Shown: positions 33,398-44,594, numbered from the stretch's first letter. The stretch: 64,000 nucleotides of DNA from Escherichia coli (GCF_044324785.1 NZ_CP172127.1); one strand, 5' to 3'. Numbers and translations are program-made. The notes: generated by a model not told the origin, from the sequence alone.

Positions 33398-33762
33398 GAC
33401 CCTGAACGACAACTACGGGCTGGCGCTAATTGTTACAGTCGGTTCCGGAGGCCACTTCAGGGACTCTGCGCATTTTTTACGACATGGCTATTCCGTATGA
33501 ACCATACGGAGATTTAACCATGGCACATTCTTTACCATTCCTTCCGGCAACCGATACAGCACATCCTCCGATGTCCATCCCTGCCTGCTGACAGTTTTTT
33601 ACGCCGGAGGGCCATTGTGTGACAACCACAGTGCTGTAACAGCAACCAGCCTGCTTTACCCAAACTCCAGTCCAGATTTTAACTGAACCGCCATTCACAC
33701 CCTGACCACACTGCCCGTACCGGGACAGCTGTTGCCTGCGTGTCGTCTGGCTGCTGAGGAAT

Positions 33763-34152
33763 ATGACGATGTACGCAAAATCCTTTATTGCATTTGATGG
33801 CAACGGGCGTCTGACGGGTGCCCGTACCGCACAGACTGCACCTTACGATCGCTACACTTGCCACCTTTGCGGCAGTGCGCTCAGATACCACCCGCAATAC
33901 GACACTGAGCGTCCCTGGTTTGAACACACTGACGACGGGCTGACGGAGCACGGTCAGCAGTGCCCTTATGTCAGACCGGAACGCAGGGAGATACAACTGA
34001 TTAAGCGTCTGCAGCAATTCGTACCGGATGCCTTACCCGTGGTGCGTAAAGCCAGCCGGCACTGCAGACAATGTCATCACGATTATTATGGGGAGCGGTA
34101 CTGCACGCACAGCCATACCGGGCACTTCAGTGAGGAGGGGGTGGCAGAATGA
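33763..34152 (+). CDS. small zinc-ribbon protein (paralog 1 of a tandem pair)
   Basis: 129 aa; CHLCGSAL...WFEH followed by a C-terminal CxxC/His cluster; stop overlaps next start (ATGA). Confidence 0.5.
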   Translation: MTMYAKSFIAFDGNGRLTGARTAQTAPYDRYTCHLCGSALRYHPQYDTERPWFEHTDDGLTEHGQQCPYVRPERREIQLIKRLQQFVPDALPVVRKASRHCRQCHHDYYGERYCTHSHTGHFSEEGVAE

Positions 34153-34574
34153 ACGGTATAAAAACGGGGCTGGGGATCACGCCGGGTGAACACATTATCA
34201 GTGCTGATTCTGCGCTCAGCAGAAATATCCGGCAGTGTTTCTGCCTTTCCTGTCATGGCCGGTTGATTTTGCAGACAGATGCTCAGGGGGCGTGGTTTGA
34301 GCACGATTTACATGTCCTGAGCGAGCAACAGAAGGCAGCCTGCGTGGTGCTGAATCCGGAAAAGTCCCACCCTTACATTGAGGATATGGAGATGTTTTTA
34401 TCGCCATTACCGGTCGTGCTGGAGTGGCATTGTGTGATGTGTGAGCAGTTTTTTCATGGGAAGAAATTCTGTGAGGCCTGTGGTACGGGGATTTATTGCA
34501 GAGCGGTATGTACGAAGTCTGTTTACAGCTACCAGCCAGACTTGTTTCAGGACTGCGGAGGTGCGAGTACTTAA
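34149..34574 (+). CDS. small zinc-ribbon protein (paralog 2 of a tandem pair)
   Basis: 141 aa; CLSCHGRL...WFEH and CVMC...CEAC motifs parallel the upstream gene. Confidence 0.5.
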   Translation: MNGIKTGLGITPGEHIISADSALSRNIRQCFCLSCHGRLILQTDAQGAWFEHDLHVLSEQQKAACVVLNPEKSHPYIEDMEMFLSPLPVVLEWHCVMCEQFFHGKKFCEACGTGIYCRAVCTKSVYSYQPDLFQDCGGAST

Positions 34575-35045
34575 TCCGAAATGCCCGACCTGCTCAGGGC
34601 GTTCAGAAGTATCGGAACCTGCATTTTATCTGGTGTTTCGCACCCACCCCGTTCGTGACACAAAGGCGCGACACCGGATATCCGCAGTCCTGCTTACCTG
34701 AATAAAACCCGGGGTATTGATTGTGTACTGTGGTGCGAAATCGCACCGTGATCGCGGATTCGCCGAATCCGCACTGTGGTGTCAACCAACCATACGCGAG
34801 AGTCCTCTCCGTATTTATCAGTGCCTCAGGACGATTTCTGCATAGTTAATCCAGGGGGCTGCATTGTTTATTTCCCTGCTAATGGACGTGACATCCAGGA
34901 TATTCATGATCCTGATTTCCCTGAGCAGTATCAGCGCTTATTGGAGCGTCTGGATTATCAGACGATGCCCGGTACTAAAGCATCAGGCCAGCGTAACTCT
35001 GGCTACAGCGGTTTTTGACCTGTTGTAACTGTAAGGTGATTTATT

Positions 35046-35612
35046 ATGTATACAGAATCAAATGTTAAGCTTTCCTGTAACGCCCTCTGGCAAAAGTGTG
35101 TCCTTGCAACTCTGTATCGGGCTGCAGCCACACATCCTGAAATTAAATTATTACAATTTAAATTAATACCAGGGCAGGGTATTAATAAGGCCATTCCCTC
35201 TCTGATGGCTGATTTTACTGGTGAACTGCATAGACTCATTTCTGAATATTTGCAGTGTAAGCGACGTAAAGAGCAATCTGTTGAGCCCACCCCTTTATAT
35301 TATCTCTGGAGTAGGGAAGCTGTGGCTAACGATACCACTCCTTATCTTATGGTGCTGCTACTTAATAACGATGTCTGGTGTAAGAGTCGTGAGGTGGTGG
35401 TTCTCAGAAATCTGATTGAGCAGGCGTGGGGAAAAGTATTGGGTGAAGATAACTCCATTACACATCTGGTTGTGTATCCTGAAGTGCTGTCGTTGGTATT
35501 TGATGCAGCTAACACATACAACGCTGAGCCTGCTGTACTGGAACAGACGGCCCGGGCTTACATTGAATCACATGGTACCATTGAACGTCATCTTGGGTGT
35601 AGTGACTTTTAA
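35046..35612 (+). CDS. YagK-like (inovirus Gp2-type) protein with degenerate HUH motif
   Basis: 188 aa; YLWSRE...PYLMVLLLNNDVWC aligns with the HYHVILLLNKDTWC motif of the 57669 paralog but lacks both His. Confidence 0.6.
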   Translation: MYTESNVKLSCNALWQKCVLATLYRAAATHPEIKLLQFKLIPGQGINKAIPSLMADFTGELHRLISEYLQCKRRKEQSVEPTPLYYLWSREAVANDTTPYLMVLLLNNDVWCKSREVVVLRNLIEQAWGKVLGEDNSITHLVVYPEVLSLVFDAANTYNAEPAVLEQTARAYIESHGTIERHLGCSDF

Positions 35613-35957
35613 CGTCAGGTGATGCATAAGGGCCTTTCGCTGAGAGGCCCTGTTTACACAATTAAATAAATCGAGCCCGACCAACAATTTTGATGTTAAC
35701 AGCAGGATTATTGAGGGGCAATCAATGTGTTCTTCGGTAGCGATTACGGTAGTGAACGGACCTGCTGTCTGAATGGCATCGATCCGCAAGCGTATCGGCG
35801 CCATATTCTGAGCGTACTACTGAAATGGCTAATGGCAGTAAAGAGAGACTTTACGTATATTTGCATAAAGCAGGATTTTACGACTAGTCAACATTCTTTA
35901 TAATTCTTCAGGTTCAGAGTATCTGACATATAGGGTTATGTATTGGGGAGACATTTA

Positions 35958-36659
35958 ATGTTTGGCCATCTGTTACGATACTTTAGTTTCTGTAAAAAAG
36001 ATTTATTAGTATTTCATCCTGAATCTGATTACTCAGATAATTTACATAAAGCCTTCTCTTTTACAAAAAGGCTAGGATTTAATGAAGAATGGAATGGGGT
36101 CACAAAAAACAAAGAATATGATTATCAGGATGTATTCAGTCATGTCTGTCTGCAGTCTGGTGTGACAGACTTTTCCGCTTCAGCAGGACAATGCTTAAAG
36201 TGGAGTCATTATTTTCAGCCATATTTTGAGAATATCCTTGAATGTCGGGTATGGGTTACCGTTGGACAACTCTGGAAACAGGAACGATTTATTTACAATC
36301 CGTCAGTTGCGGATTTTCAGCGCTGGTCTGAAAAAGGGATTCAGCCTGAAGATTTTAGACATCACTCGGGGTTTAACTTTCATGCGTGGTTGACGACGGA
36401 AAATGGTGTGATTGTGGATGTTTCCTTTATGAGTACGTTATCGCGGCGATTACCTGAACACCTGAGTGAAGTCAGTGGAAGTGTGATTATTGGCACGCCA
36501 GAGACGGTTCTTCCTGAGTATAAATATGTTCCCATGATTGTCGGTCAGAGGATTGTTGAGAAAATAGAAAAACGCTCTTTCATTGGTTTTCTGGCGCACG
36601 ACGATATTGATTTATATACAGTACCTGCAATCTTGGTTCCGGTATGGAAAGAATGTTAA
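35958..36659 (+). CDS. hypothetical orphan cargo protein
   Basis: Track ORF starts at TTG 35943; ATG at 35958 preceded by GGGGAG; 233 aa; low GC; no recognisable motif. Confidence 0.5.
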   Translation: MFGHLLRYFSFCKKDLLVFHPESDYSDNLHKAFSFTKRLGFNEEWNGVTKNKEYDYQDVFSHVCLQSGVTDFSASAGQCLKWSHYFQPYFENILECRVWVTVGQLWKQERFIYNPSVADFQRWSEKGIQPEDFRHHSGFNFHAWLTTENGVIVDVSFMSTLSRRLPEHLSEVSGSVIIGTPETVLPEYKYVPMIVGQRIVEKIEKRSFIGFLAHDDIDLYTVPAILVPVWKEC

Positions 36660-36978
36660 AGCACGGAATAACACTATGCACTTACCGCTTTCCGGAACTC
36701 AGCTTGTTACCTGAGCGGTCAACAGAGCAGTCTTTCAGTGTCTGCACTTGGTTGCCACTAAACCGGAGTCATTTATCAGAAGTATATGTTCATGGAAGGA
36801 TATTGTCAGCGCCAGTGATATAAGACGGTAATGAGGATAGCCACCCCGCATGGGTTTCCTCAACACTGGTCACTGTGACAAGCGCACCATGATCGTCTTT
36901 GTATCGCTGATTGACTTTCGATAATAGAACATCTTCTGACATAAATTTTAGTACGGTAACAATTAACTAAATTTTCAT

Positions 36979-37245
36979 GTGGTAGCACTGAATCAGGAGA
37001 CTGCGTTTCCTGATGTGTGCTTCTGCAGCCGTTACCGGATACAGACTTCGATACCAGTTACTTCGACATCCGCCATGTGTCCTGGGACCCGCTATAACGA
37101 AGTTGGAGGTAATCAGTACAGCGTTCCCGAAATGCTGTGTGGTCAGCCAGTCTCGATACGAATATCGCTGAACGATGAGTTGCGGATCTACAGTAATGAG
37201 AAACTGGTGGCCTCACATCGCCTCTGCTCAGTGTCGTCTGGCTAG
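36979..37245 (+). pseudogene. IS21-family IstA C-terminal fragment (remnant)
   Basis: ...NQYSVPEMLCGQPVSIRISLNDELRIYSNEKLVASHRL resembles an IstA C-terminus; no N-terminal part. Confidence 0.35.
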
Positions 37246-37389
37246 CAGATAGTACCGGAACCTCACGCCCCGCTCTGGCAGCAGATCAGTCAGGTGGAAC
37301 ATCGACCACTGAGTGCCTATGAGGAGCTGTTGTGATGCATGTGTCAACGACGGATGAAAGTGGCTCTTCCGCAACCTGGGTGGAGATTT

Positions 37390-38816
37390 TCATGCCAGTG
37401 GACTCATTACCCTCTGCCTGAGTAGTTCAAATCCTGCTCGACCATACATCTGGCGTTTCAGCATCTTCAGGCGATTTACATGACCTTCGACAACACCATT
37501 ACTCCAGTGACTACTGATTGCCTCACATATAGCTGCAGCATCAGCTTCCATCCCCGCCGCCACGCGCCGAAATTCTGCTGAACCGCTTTCGTGGACTCGA
37601 GTGAACCAACTGCTTAGCTGTGATTTATTTTGGGTTTTCAGAATACGGTAGAACTCGAGTGCCAGTTGCTGCGCTATTTTCAGCTCAGGTTCTTTTTCAC
37701 ACATCAGACTAATAAATCGGGAAGCATAATTTTCTTCATCCCTGGTTATTCTCCAGGGCATCAACCAGCGGCTTACCCGGGACACTGAAGGAAGTCTGAC
37801 GGCAGTAGTAACCGGTGGGTTCCAGCCTTTACGCCATTTGGCAACCGCATCCCTGACGATGGTTTCACTGCCTGTAAATCCCCGGGCCACCATTTCCCGC
37901 CATATCCGGCTGGCGTTATAATTACCACTTTCTCGTTGCTCTTTTAACCACTCCCTCCATGGGTCCAGAAGCCCTCGCTTTGGCGGTCGGGTTGACATTT
38001 CAGGGAATGTTCCTGAACGCACCCAGCGACTGACTGTCACACGCGACAGGCCTGTAATACGGGATATTTCCCTGAAACTACATCCCTTGTTATGCAGGGC
38101 CATAACCTCTGTCCAACGCTGATGCCGTTTTTTGCGGGTTTGTTGTTTTAGGCGTTCCGGACGACGGAGCGATGCTGCAGGCACAGATGGTTCTGGATCA
38201 GGTGATTTCTTTGGTGACAACTCACTGGCAACAAGACGTATCAGAGGTATATGTCTATACATCATTCGTTCAGGCGCATCGCCAATATTTTTTAGCAGAT
38301 GCCATCGATCGGCCACCTGTCTGGCCTGAGGTGCACCTTCACGTGCTGCTGTCGCATAGACTCCACTGCGATCACGCGAGACAATCTGTATTTCCGGATA
38401 TTTTCTGAACCAGGTCGCCAGCGTACGCTGATCACGGCCGGGAAGCAGGACGAGGGGACGGTGAGTATCAAGATTGACGATTAACGTACCGTAACGGTGG
38501 CCCCGATGCCACGCCCACTCATCAATACCGACATGAGGCGAGCCTGACTGTTTCGTCTCCGGGGTATTGATAACCCTGCGAAGGAGAGTATCAGCACTGC
38601 AACGGAGACCCACTGCCGTTGCTGCCCGTTTCCCGGCCTCACCTCCGGCGATTAATCCCAGTTGACGTTGTAAATTTTGTAACGCCTGTGAAGACTGTTG
38701 GTGTGAACCGGCGAAGGGAGCAAGCGACTCGGCAAAAATTTTACGTGAACAAGCCGGGTTACGGCAGTACCAGTGGCGGACAGAAAATACAAGCCATAGC
38801 GTATGTCCTGAGCAGG
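37390..38816 (-). CDS. ISL3-family-like transposase, 5' end truncated by IS2
   Basis: GIDEWAWHRGHRYGTLIVNLD DDE-domain start and C-terminal SNGVVEGHVNRLKMLKRQMYG motif typical of ISL3; track ORF start lies inside the IS2 terminus. Confidence 0.5.
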
Positions 38817-38827
38817 TGGATTTGCCC

Positions 38828-39733
38828 CTATATTTCCAGACACCTGTTATCACTTAACCCATTACTGGCCTGCTGCCGCAGATATTCCCGTGGCGAGCGA
38901 TAACCCAGTGCACTATGCGGATGCCATTCGTTATAATGCTCGAACGCCTCTGCAAGGTTCTTTGCTGCCGTTAACCCGTCTGGTTTAGGCATGATACTGA
39001 TGTAGTCACGCTTTATCGTTTTCACGAAGCTCTCTGCTATGCCGTTACTCTCCGGACTCCGCACCGCCGTGTTCTTCGGTTCAAGCCCCAACATCCGGGC
39101 AAACTGCCGTGTTTCATTAGCCCGGTAGCATGAACCATTATCCGTCAGCCACTCTACTGGAGACGCCGGAAGCTCGTTGCCGAAGCGGCGTTCCACCGCT
39201 CCTGGCATGACGTCCTGTACTGTTTCACTGTCGAAGCCGCCCGTAGTGACTGCCCAGTGCAGTGCCTCACGGTCACAGCAGTCCAGCGCGAACGTGACTC
39301 GCAGTTTTTCTCCGTTATCACAGCGGAACTCGAACCCGTCAGAGCACCATCGTTGATTGCTTTCTTTCACGGCCACTTTGCCAGTATGTGCCCGTTTCGA
39401 TGGCGGTACAGCGGTTTTTCGCTCAAGCAACAGCGCATTCTGGCGCATGATCCGGTAAACACGTTTGGCATTGATCGCAGGCATACCATCAAGTTCGGCC
39501 TGTCTGCGAAGCAGCGCCCATACCCGACGATAACCATACGTGGGCAGCTCTCCGATAACATGGTGTATACGGAGAAGCACATCCGTATCATCTGAGTGAC
39601 GGCTGCGGCGACCATCTTTCCAGTCATCGGTTCGTCTGAGAATTACGTGCAACTGCGCACGCGACACCCGGAGACAACGGCTGACTAAGCTTACTCCCCA
39701 TCCCCGGGCAATAAGGGCGCGTGCGCTATCCAC
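38828..39733 (-). CDS. insD: IS2 transposase OrfB (InsD)
   Basis: 301 aa recognised as IS2 InsD (DDE integrase core). Confidence 0.9.
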
Positions 39734-40056
39734 TTTTTTGCACGCCCGTATTCAACGGCTTCTTTAAGGAGTTCATTTTCCATCGTTTTTTTGCCGAGCA
39801 GGCGCTGGAGTTCTTTAATCTGCTTCATGGCAGCAGCAAGTTCAGAGGCAGGAACGACCTGCTCTCCTGCGGCCACAGCAGTAAGACTTCCCTCCTGGTA
39901 TTGCTTGCGCCAGAGAAATAACTGGCTGGCTGCCACACCGTGTTGCCGGGCAACAAGGGAGACCGTCATTCCCGGTTCAAAACTCTGCTGAACAATAGCG
40001 ATCTTTTCCTGTGTAGTACGCCGTCTGCGTTTCTCCGGTCCTAAGACATCAATCAT
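39691..40056 (-). CDS. insC: IS2 OrfA (InsC)
   Basis: [56 protein letters not shown]; track ORF trimmed to MIDVLG. Confidence 0.9.
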
Positions 40057-40613
40057 CTGCTCTCCAATGACTAGTCTAAAAACTAGTATTAAGACTATCA
40101 CTTATTTAAGTGATATTGGTTGTCTGGAGATTCATGGGGCCAGTCTAATGTGTATCCGGGATGGATGTTTACCAGAACCTTCTCTGTTCCAGTGTGTGGA
40201 GTTTTACAGAAGAGGCGACTGTATGCAACTCTTGCCCCGTAACTGTCTTTATTCGTTTCTCCACACTCTCCGGACATTGTAAATTCCAGATGTGTGGCAG
40301 TGTGTTTTTCGTAAATCGTACACAATGCATTTTTACACGGAGTTCAGCCAGTCGTATCACTGAGAGTTTTTTTCTGATTTGTACCACTCATGCAGCAGTG
40401 ATAAGGAGATATTTTCTCTGTCGGGCCAGCAGGGGCGGTGCCACCTGTTTAGTTTTCTTATGTTTGGTAAAAGAGAGGCTAAAATATATACAACAGGCGT
40501 ATGTAATGATTCATATTGTTAATCATTAACCAGTAAGAATTAATGTAGTGGATCGGTAATTCAGGACACCTCGAAATCCTGTTAATGTTAAAACAGTGAA
40601 AATGGGGTGATGC

Positions 40614-40931
40614 ATGAGCAAAACTCGTCGGACTAAACGCACCTTTTCCCCGGAGTTCAGGCTCGAAGCTATCGAGCAAGTAGTTAAATACCAGCGCGAT
40701 GTCAGAGAAGTCGCGCTGGCACTTGAGCTCAATCCTGACCATTTGCGTAAATGGATACGGTTGTATAAGCTGGAACTTCAGGGTATTGAGCCCGCTGGTA
40801 ATGCCATACCCCTGAACAGCGAGAAATTCAGCAGCTTAAAAGCGCAGATAAAGCGCCTTGAGATGGAAAAAGAAATACTAAAGCAGGCTGCCGTGCTGAT
40901 GAGCGAAATCCCCGGCAAGCTGTCGCGCTAA
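40614..40931 (+). CDS. IS3-family transposase OrfA; downstream orfB truncated
   Basis: 105 aa with HTH and leucine-zipper-like C-terminus; orfB-like frame continues to about 41060 and is cut. Confidence 0.65.
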   Translation: MSKTRRTKRTFSPEFRLEAIEQVVKYQRDVREVALALELNPDHLRKWIRLYKLELQGIEPAGNAIPLNSEKFSSLKAQIKRLEMEKEILKQAAVLMSEIPGKLSR

Positions 40932-41099
40932 TCACACTGCTGAAAGCAAAGCGGCCAGTGCGGATTATTTGTCATTTATTCGGTGTTCACCGTAGCGTTT
41001 ATTACGCGCAGGTGAAGCGTCCTGTTAATGTATCAGCGCCAATGATATAAGACAGTAATTAGGATTCGGACGATTTCCTGGACTGCTTTATTATGCCAG

Positions 41100-42650
41100 C
41101 CCGCATTGTTGGCGGTACATTTCAGGGATGACTGCACCCAGCGAAAATTTTATACGCCGCTCGTTATACCATCTGATGTAAGCATCCACATGCCGCATGA
41201 ATTTTTCAGGCGTGATACCCAATCATTTACGCCCATAATATATTTCAGTTTTCAGTCTGCCGAAAAAGCCTTCGCATGCAGCATTATCAGGCGAGCATCC
41301 TTTACGGGACATTGAGCGAATAAGGCCTGCTGTATTCACTCTTTCCAGCCAGGCCAGCGATAATGCCCACCTCTGTCACTGTGTATCACCGGTCGTTCGC
41401 CAGCATTTAACGTTTCGACAGCGTTATCCAGCATAGTGTTGACCAGTTCAGCATCGGGGCGTGTACTGAGAGACCAGCTCACAACTTTTCTGTCGAAGCA
41501 GTCCACCACCGGTGATAGCCAGACTTTTCCTGCAGGAAGCTGGAACTCCGTGATATCTGTCAGCCATTTCTGATTAGGTTGCTCCGCCTTAAAATCTCTG
41601 GCGATAAGGTTATCCGGAGAAGGTCCGATTTCTCCGCAATATGAGCTGTAGCGGCGATGACGGTTACGGCTGACGACAAGCTGTTCCTCCACCATAAGTC
41701 TGCGTACAACCTTTTCTGATAGCCGATCCCCCTCATGCCTGAGCATCGCATGCAGGCGACGATAGCCATAACACTGGTAATTACTGTTAAATATATCTGT
41801 CAGCATCGTACGTATCGTGGCGTATTTATCACTGGCTTTCAGTGCAGCCCGGTGATAAAAATAACTGCTACGGGCAAGGCCCAGAACATGCAGTAATTCT
41901 GTCAGGGGATATGTTTATCTCAGGGCATCAGTAATCTTTGTTTTTTCTCTGTTGTTCAGGTGACTGATGCTGATGCCCGGGTCTTTTTTTATTATTTCCT
42001 CCGCTTTTTTCAGAATATCCAGTTCCATCTGCCGGCGGCGTATTTCCTGATTCAGTCGGGCGACTTCCTCCCGCAACGCATCGCGTTCTGCCTCCAGGGA
42101 AGGGGCGTTATGTTTACGCATAGTCTGGTAAGCACTGTTGCCGATAATTTCATCTTTCCATTTATACAATACCGCGCGACTGACACCAATACGCCTGGCG
42201 ATTTCACTGGCTGATCCTTGTCGTGTACAGAGTACCATGACAGCCTGACGTTTGACTTCTGGTTCAAAGGACGCAACCGGATTGGTCTTACTGGTAAATA
42301 CACGTCGTCTGTCGGGGGAACGTTCATTAACCCAGCGAGCGAGCATATCGGTACAGGGATAACCCAGAGTCCTGCTGGTAAACGCCAGGCAGCAGCCGTG
42401 GTTAAGATAATGTTCAACGGCAACCTGTTTTTGCTCATCGGAGTAACGGTGCTTATGACGAATGGATTCTTTTGATCCGCCACCTGCTTCCCATGAACGG
42501 ATCCAACGCCGCAGATTTCTTTTCGAAGGGTAGCCCAGTTCGCGTACGACGGGGCCAGCTTCTTACCATATTTGAAATAAAGCTCAATGGTGCGAATTTT
42601 TTGTTCTTCAGTAAACATGTTTCATCTCCTGAGAGTCCAGGAAATCGTCC
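41100..42650 (-). mobile_element. degraded IS3-family insertion sequence (orfA and orfB frameshifted)
   Basis: ORFs 42052-42618, 41915-42346 and 41336-41806 encode pieces of IS3-type OrfA (HTH) and OrfB (DDE core) in different frames. Confidence 0.6.
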
Positions 42651-42868
42651 GCATCCCCTAACGGTCAAAAATCGTGGCGTTGATACAGGGGAAATCCGTA
42701 GTTTTTGATGCCAGCCATAACGTGTTTGACTATAAAGTATTACGAAAGGACTTTAATGAGCCCCTGGAATAATTCATTAAAGTAATTTACTTCGCTATCC
42801 TTTTCCCAGTTACTCACAAAGAAAAATATTCATAAAATAATTCCCGGGCTGGCAGCCCGGGATGATTA

Positions 42869-44131
42869 CTATTTTAATGGATTGTTAATCTTTGCATATT
42901 CAAACGGGCTGATACATTGTTCTCTGTTCGCACCCAGAAAATCTGCCCACCACTGTAGCATCAGTCGACGTTCTTCCAGATGTTCTGCTTTATGGATATA
43001 TGCAGCACGTACACCATTACGCTCCTGATGGCTCATCTGACGTTCCACAGCATCGCGGGACCACAAACCTGATTCAATCAATGCACTGCACGCCATCGCC
43101 CGGAATCCATGACCACAGACTTCCTGGGTTGTGTCATATCCCATCACCCTCAGGGCTTTATTTACAGTATTTTCACTGATCGGTTTACGCGGGTCATGTG
43201 CTCCCGTAAAGATCAGACCATTTTCACCAGCCCATGTCTGTAGTTCTGTCAGTATGGCTACAGCCTGTTTGCTGAGTGGCACAAGATGTGGTGTTCGCAT
43301 CTTGGAGCCCCGGTGTGAGTATTTTACGCCTGGCAGAGGTTCGCGTTCGGCTGGAATAGTCCACATGGCATTGTCAATATCAATTTCAGACCAGCGGGAA
43401 TATCTGAGTTCACTGGAACGAATAAAAACCAGTAAATTCAGCATAACTGCCAGTCGGGTGACAGGCTGACCTTTATAACCGTCAATACGCGACAGAAGTT
43501 CAGGCAGGCGTGAAAGATCCAGAGCAGGGCGATGCTGGCGTTTTACCGTGGTCAATGCACCAGCCATATCCAGAGCCGGGTTATATCTGATGATGCCAGA
43601 CTGTACGGCATAACGCATTACAGCAGATATTCTTTGCTGCAGACGACTGGCGATTTCATAAATTTGTTTTGCTTCTGCAGCACGAACAGGGATAAGCAGG
43701 TCCGGGGTATTGAGTGTTGTGATATCCCGGTTGCCGATAAAGGGGAAAACGTGTGTCTCGAGGCTTTTGATTACTTTATCGCTGTGTGATTGTGCCCATT
43801 GTTTATTACTGGCATGCCAGCGTCGTGCAATATGTTCAAAAGAGAGTTGTAAATCAGGGACTACTTTTTTAGCTCTTTTTTGTTCGCAAGGGTCAATCCC
43901 CTCTGAAATCAGTTTTCGGGCCTCATCCCGTTTTGTACGAGCTTCGGAGAGAGAAACTTCTGGATATACACCAAGTGCCAGAGTCTTCTCCTTACCCAGA
44001 ATACGATAACGGAGACGCCAGTAACGGGAACCATTAGGATGAACCAGCAGGAACATGCCAGCCCCGTCAGTGAGTTTATAAGCCTTGTCAGTGTGCTTTG
44101 CAGCCCGGATTTTTGCGTCAGTCAGTGCCAT
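42869..44131 (-). CDS. P4-type (IntA-like) tyrosine integrase
   Basis: 420 aa; MALTDAKIRAAKHTDKAYKLTDGAGMFLLVHPNGSRYWRLRYR N-terminus typical of P4-family integrases; next to tRNA-Phe 3'-end repeat. Confidence 0.85.
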   Translation of the reverse strand: MALTDAKIRAAKHTDKAYKLTDGAGMFLLVHPNGSRYWRLRYRILGKEKTLALGVYPEVSLSEARTKRDEARKLISEGIDPCEQKRAKKVVPDLQLSFEHIARRWHASNKQWAQSHSDKVIKSLETHVFPFIGNRDITTLNTPDLLIPVRAAEAKQIYEIASRLQQRISAVMRYAVQSGIIRYNPALDMAGALTTVKRQHRPALDLSRLPELLSRIDGYKGQPVTRLAVMLNLLVFIRSSELRYSRWSEIDIDNAMWTIPAEREPLPGVKYSHRGSKMRTPHLVPLSKQAVAILTELQTWAGENGLIFTGAHDPRKPISENTVNKALRVMGYDTTQEVCGHGFRAMACSALIESGLWSRDAVERQMSHQERNGVRAAYIHKAEHLEERRLMLQWWADFLGANREQCISPFEYAKINNPLK

Positions 44132-44287
44132 AGTTCAGCCTTCTGAATGCGTTAAAGAGGGTACAAATTCTGTCGAACTGGGGTATACCCGCAATTATAC
44201 CCACACAATGGGGTTGATGTGGGGGGAATCTGGTTGAGTTCGGTAGAATTGATTTGGAGGCAGAACGCTTAAATTGTGGCGTTCTGA

Positions 44288-44317
44288 AACGAAAAACGGA
44301 CCTCCGTGGAGGTCCGT
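44288..44317 (-). terminator. rho-independent terminator-like hairpin
   Basis: ACGGACCTCC-GT-GGAGGTCCGT perfect inverted repeat followed by T-run on the minus strand. Confidence 0.4.
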
Positions 44318-44328
44318 TGATATGAATT

Positions 44329-44347
44329 TGGTGCCCGGACTCGGAAT
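44329..44347. repeat. 19-bp direct repeat of tRNA-Phe 3' end (att site)
   Basis: TGGTGCCCGGACTCGGAAT is the reverse complement of the tRNA-Phe 3' terminus; sequence diverges from the tRNA beyond 19 nt. Confidence 0.6.
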
Positions 44348-44594
44348 GAAACTGGTTGTATAACAAGTTGTTTTATATTGATTGTTTTGTGTTTGTTATT
44401 TTTGAGGCCACCAATGAGGCCCCCATGTGCAATTCGAATTCTTTTGACGCTATAATCCCTCTTTCTTGTGGTTTGTTGTAATCATTTTGTCTGGTTCGAT
44501 ATGCTGAATCGCGGAATCGAAGTGACAACAAAATACAGAGATTTATAAAATACCTGGCTACCTGTGTTAGGGAGCGTTAACGCACAGATTTTGT

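Larger units (their letters stand above)
38817..40147 (-). mobile_element. IS2 insertion sequence (IS3 family), complete 1331 bp
   Basis: Terminal sequences TGGATTTGCCCCTATATTTCCAGACA... and ...GGAGATTCATGGGGCCAGTCTA; InsC and InsD ORFs; no matching 5-bp target duplication seen. Confidence 0.85.

Noticed and set aside
37390-38853. Full 487-aa ORF as an intact transposase
   Set aside because: The first 12 codons lie inside the IS2 terminus (38817 onward), so the start is an artefact of the IS2 junction and the ISL3-like gene is 5'-truncated.
44329-44347. Possible tRNA-Phe gene
   Set aside because: Only the 19-nt 3' end is present; the sequence beyond it does not continue as T-arm, anticodon or D-arm, so it is an att repeat and not a tRNA gene.
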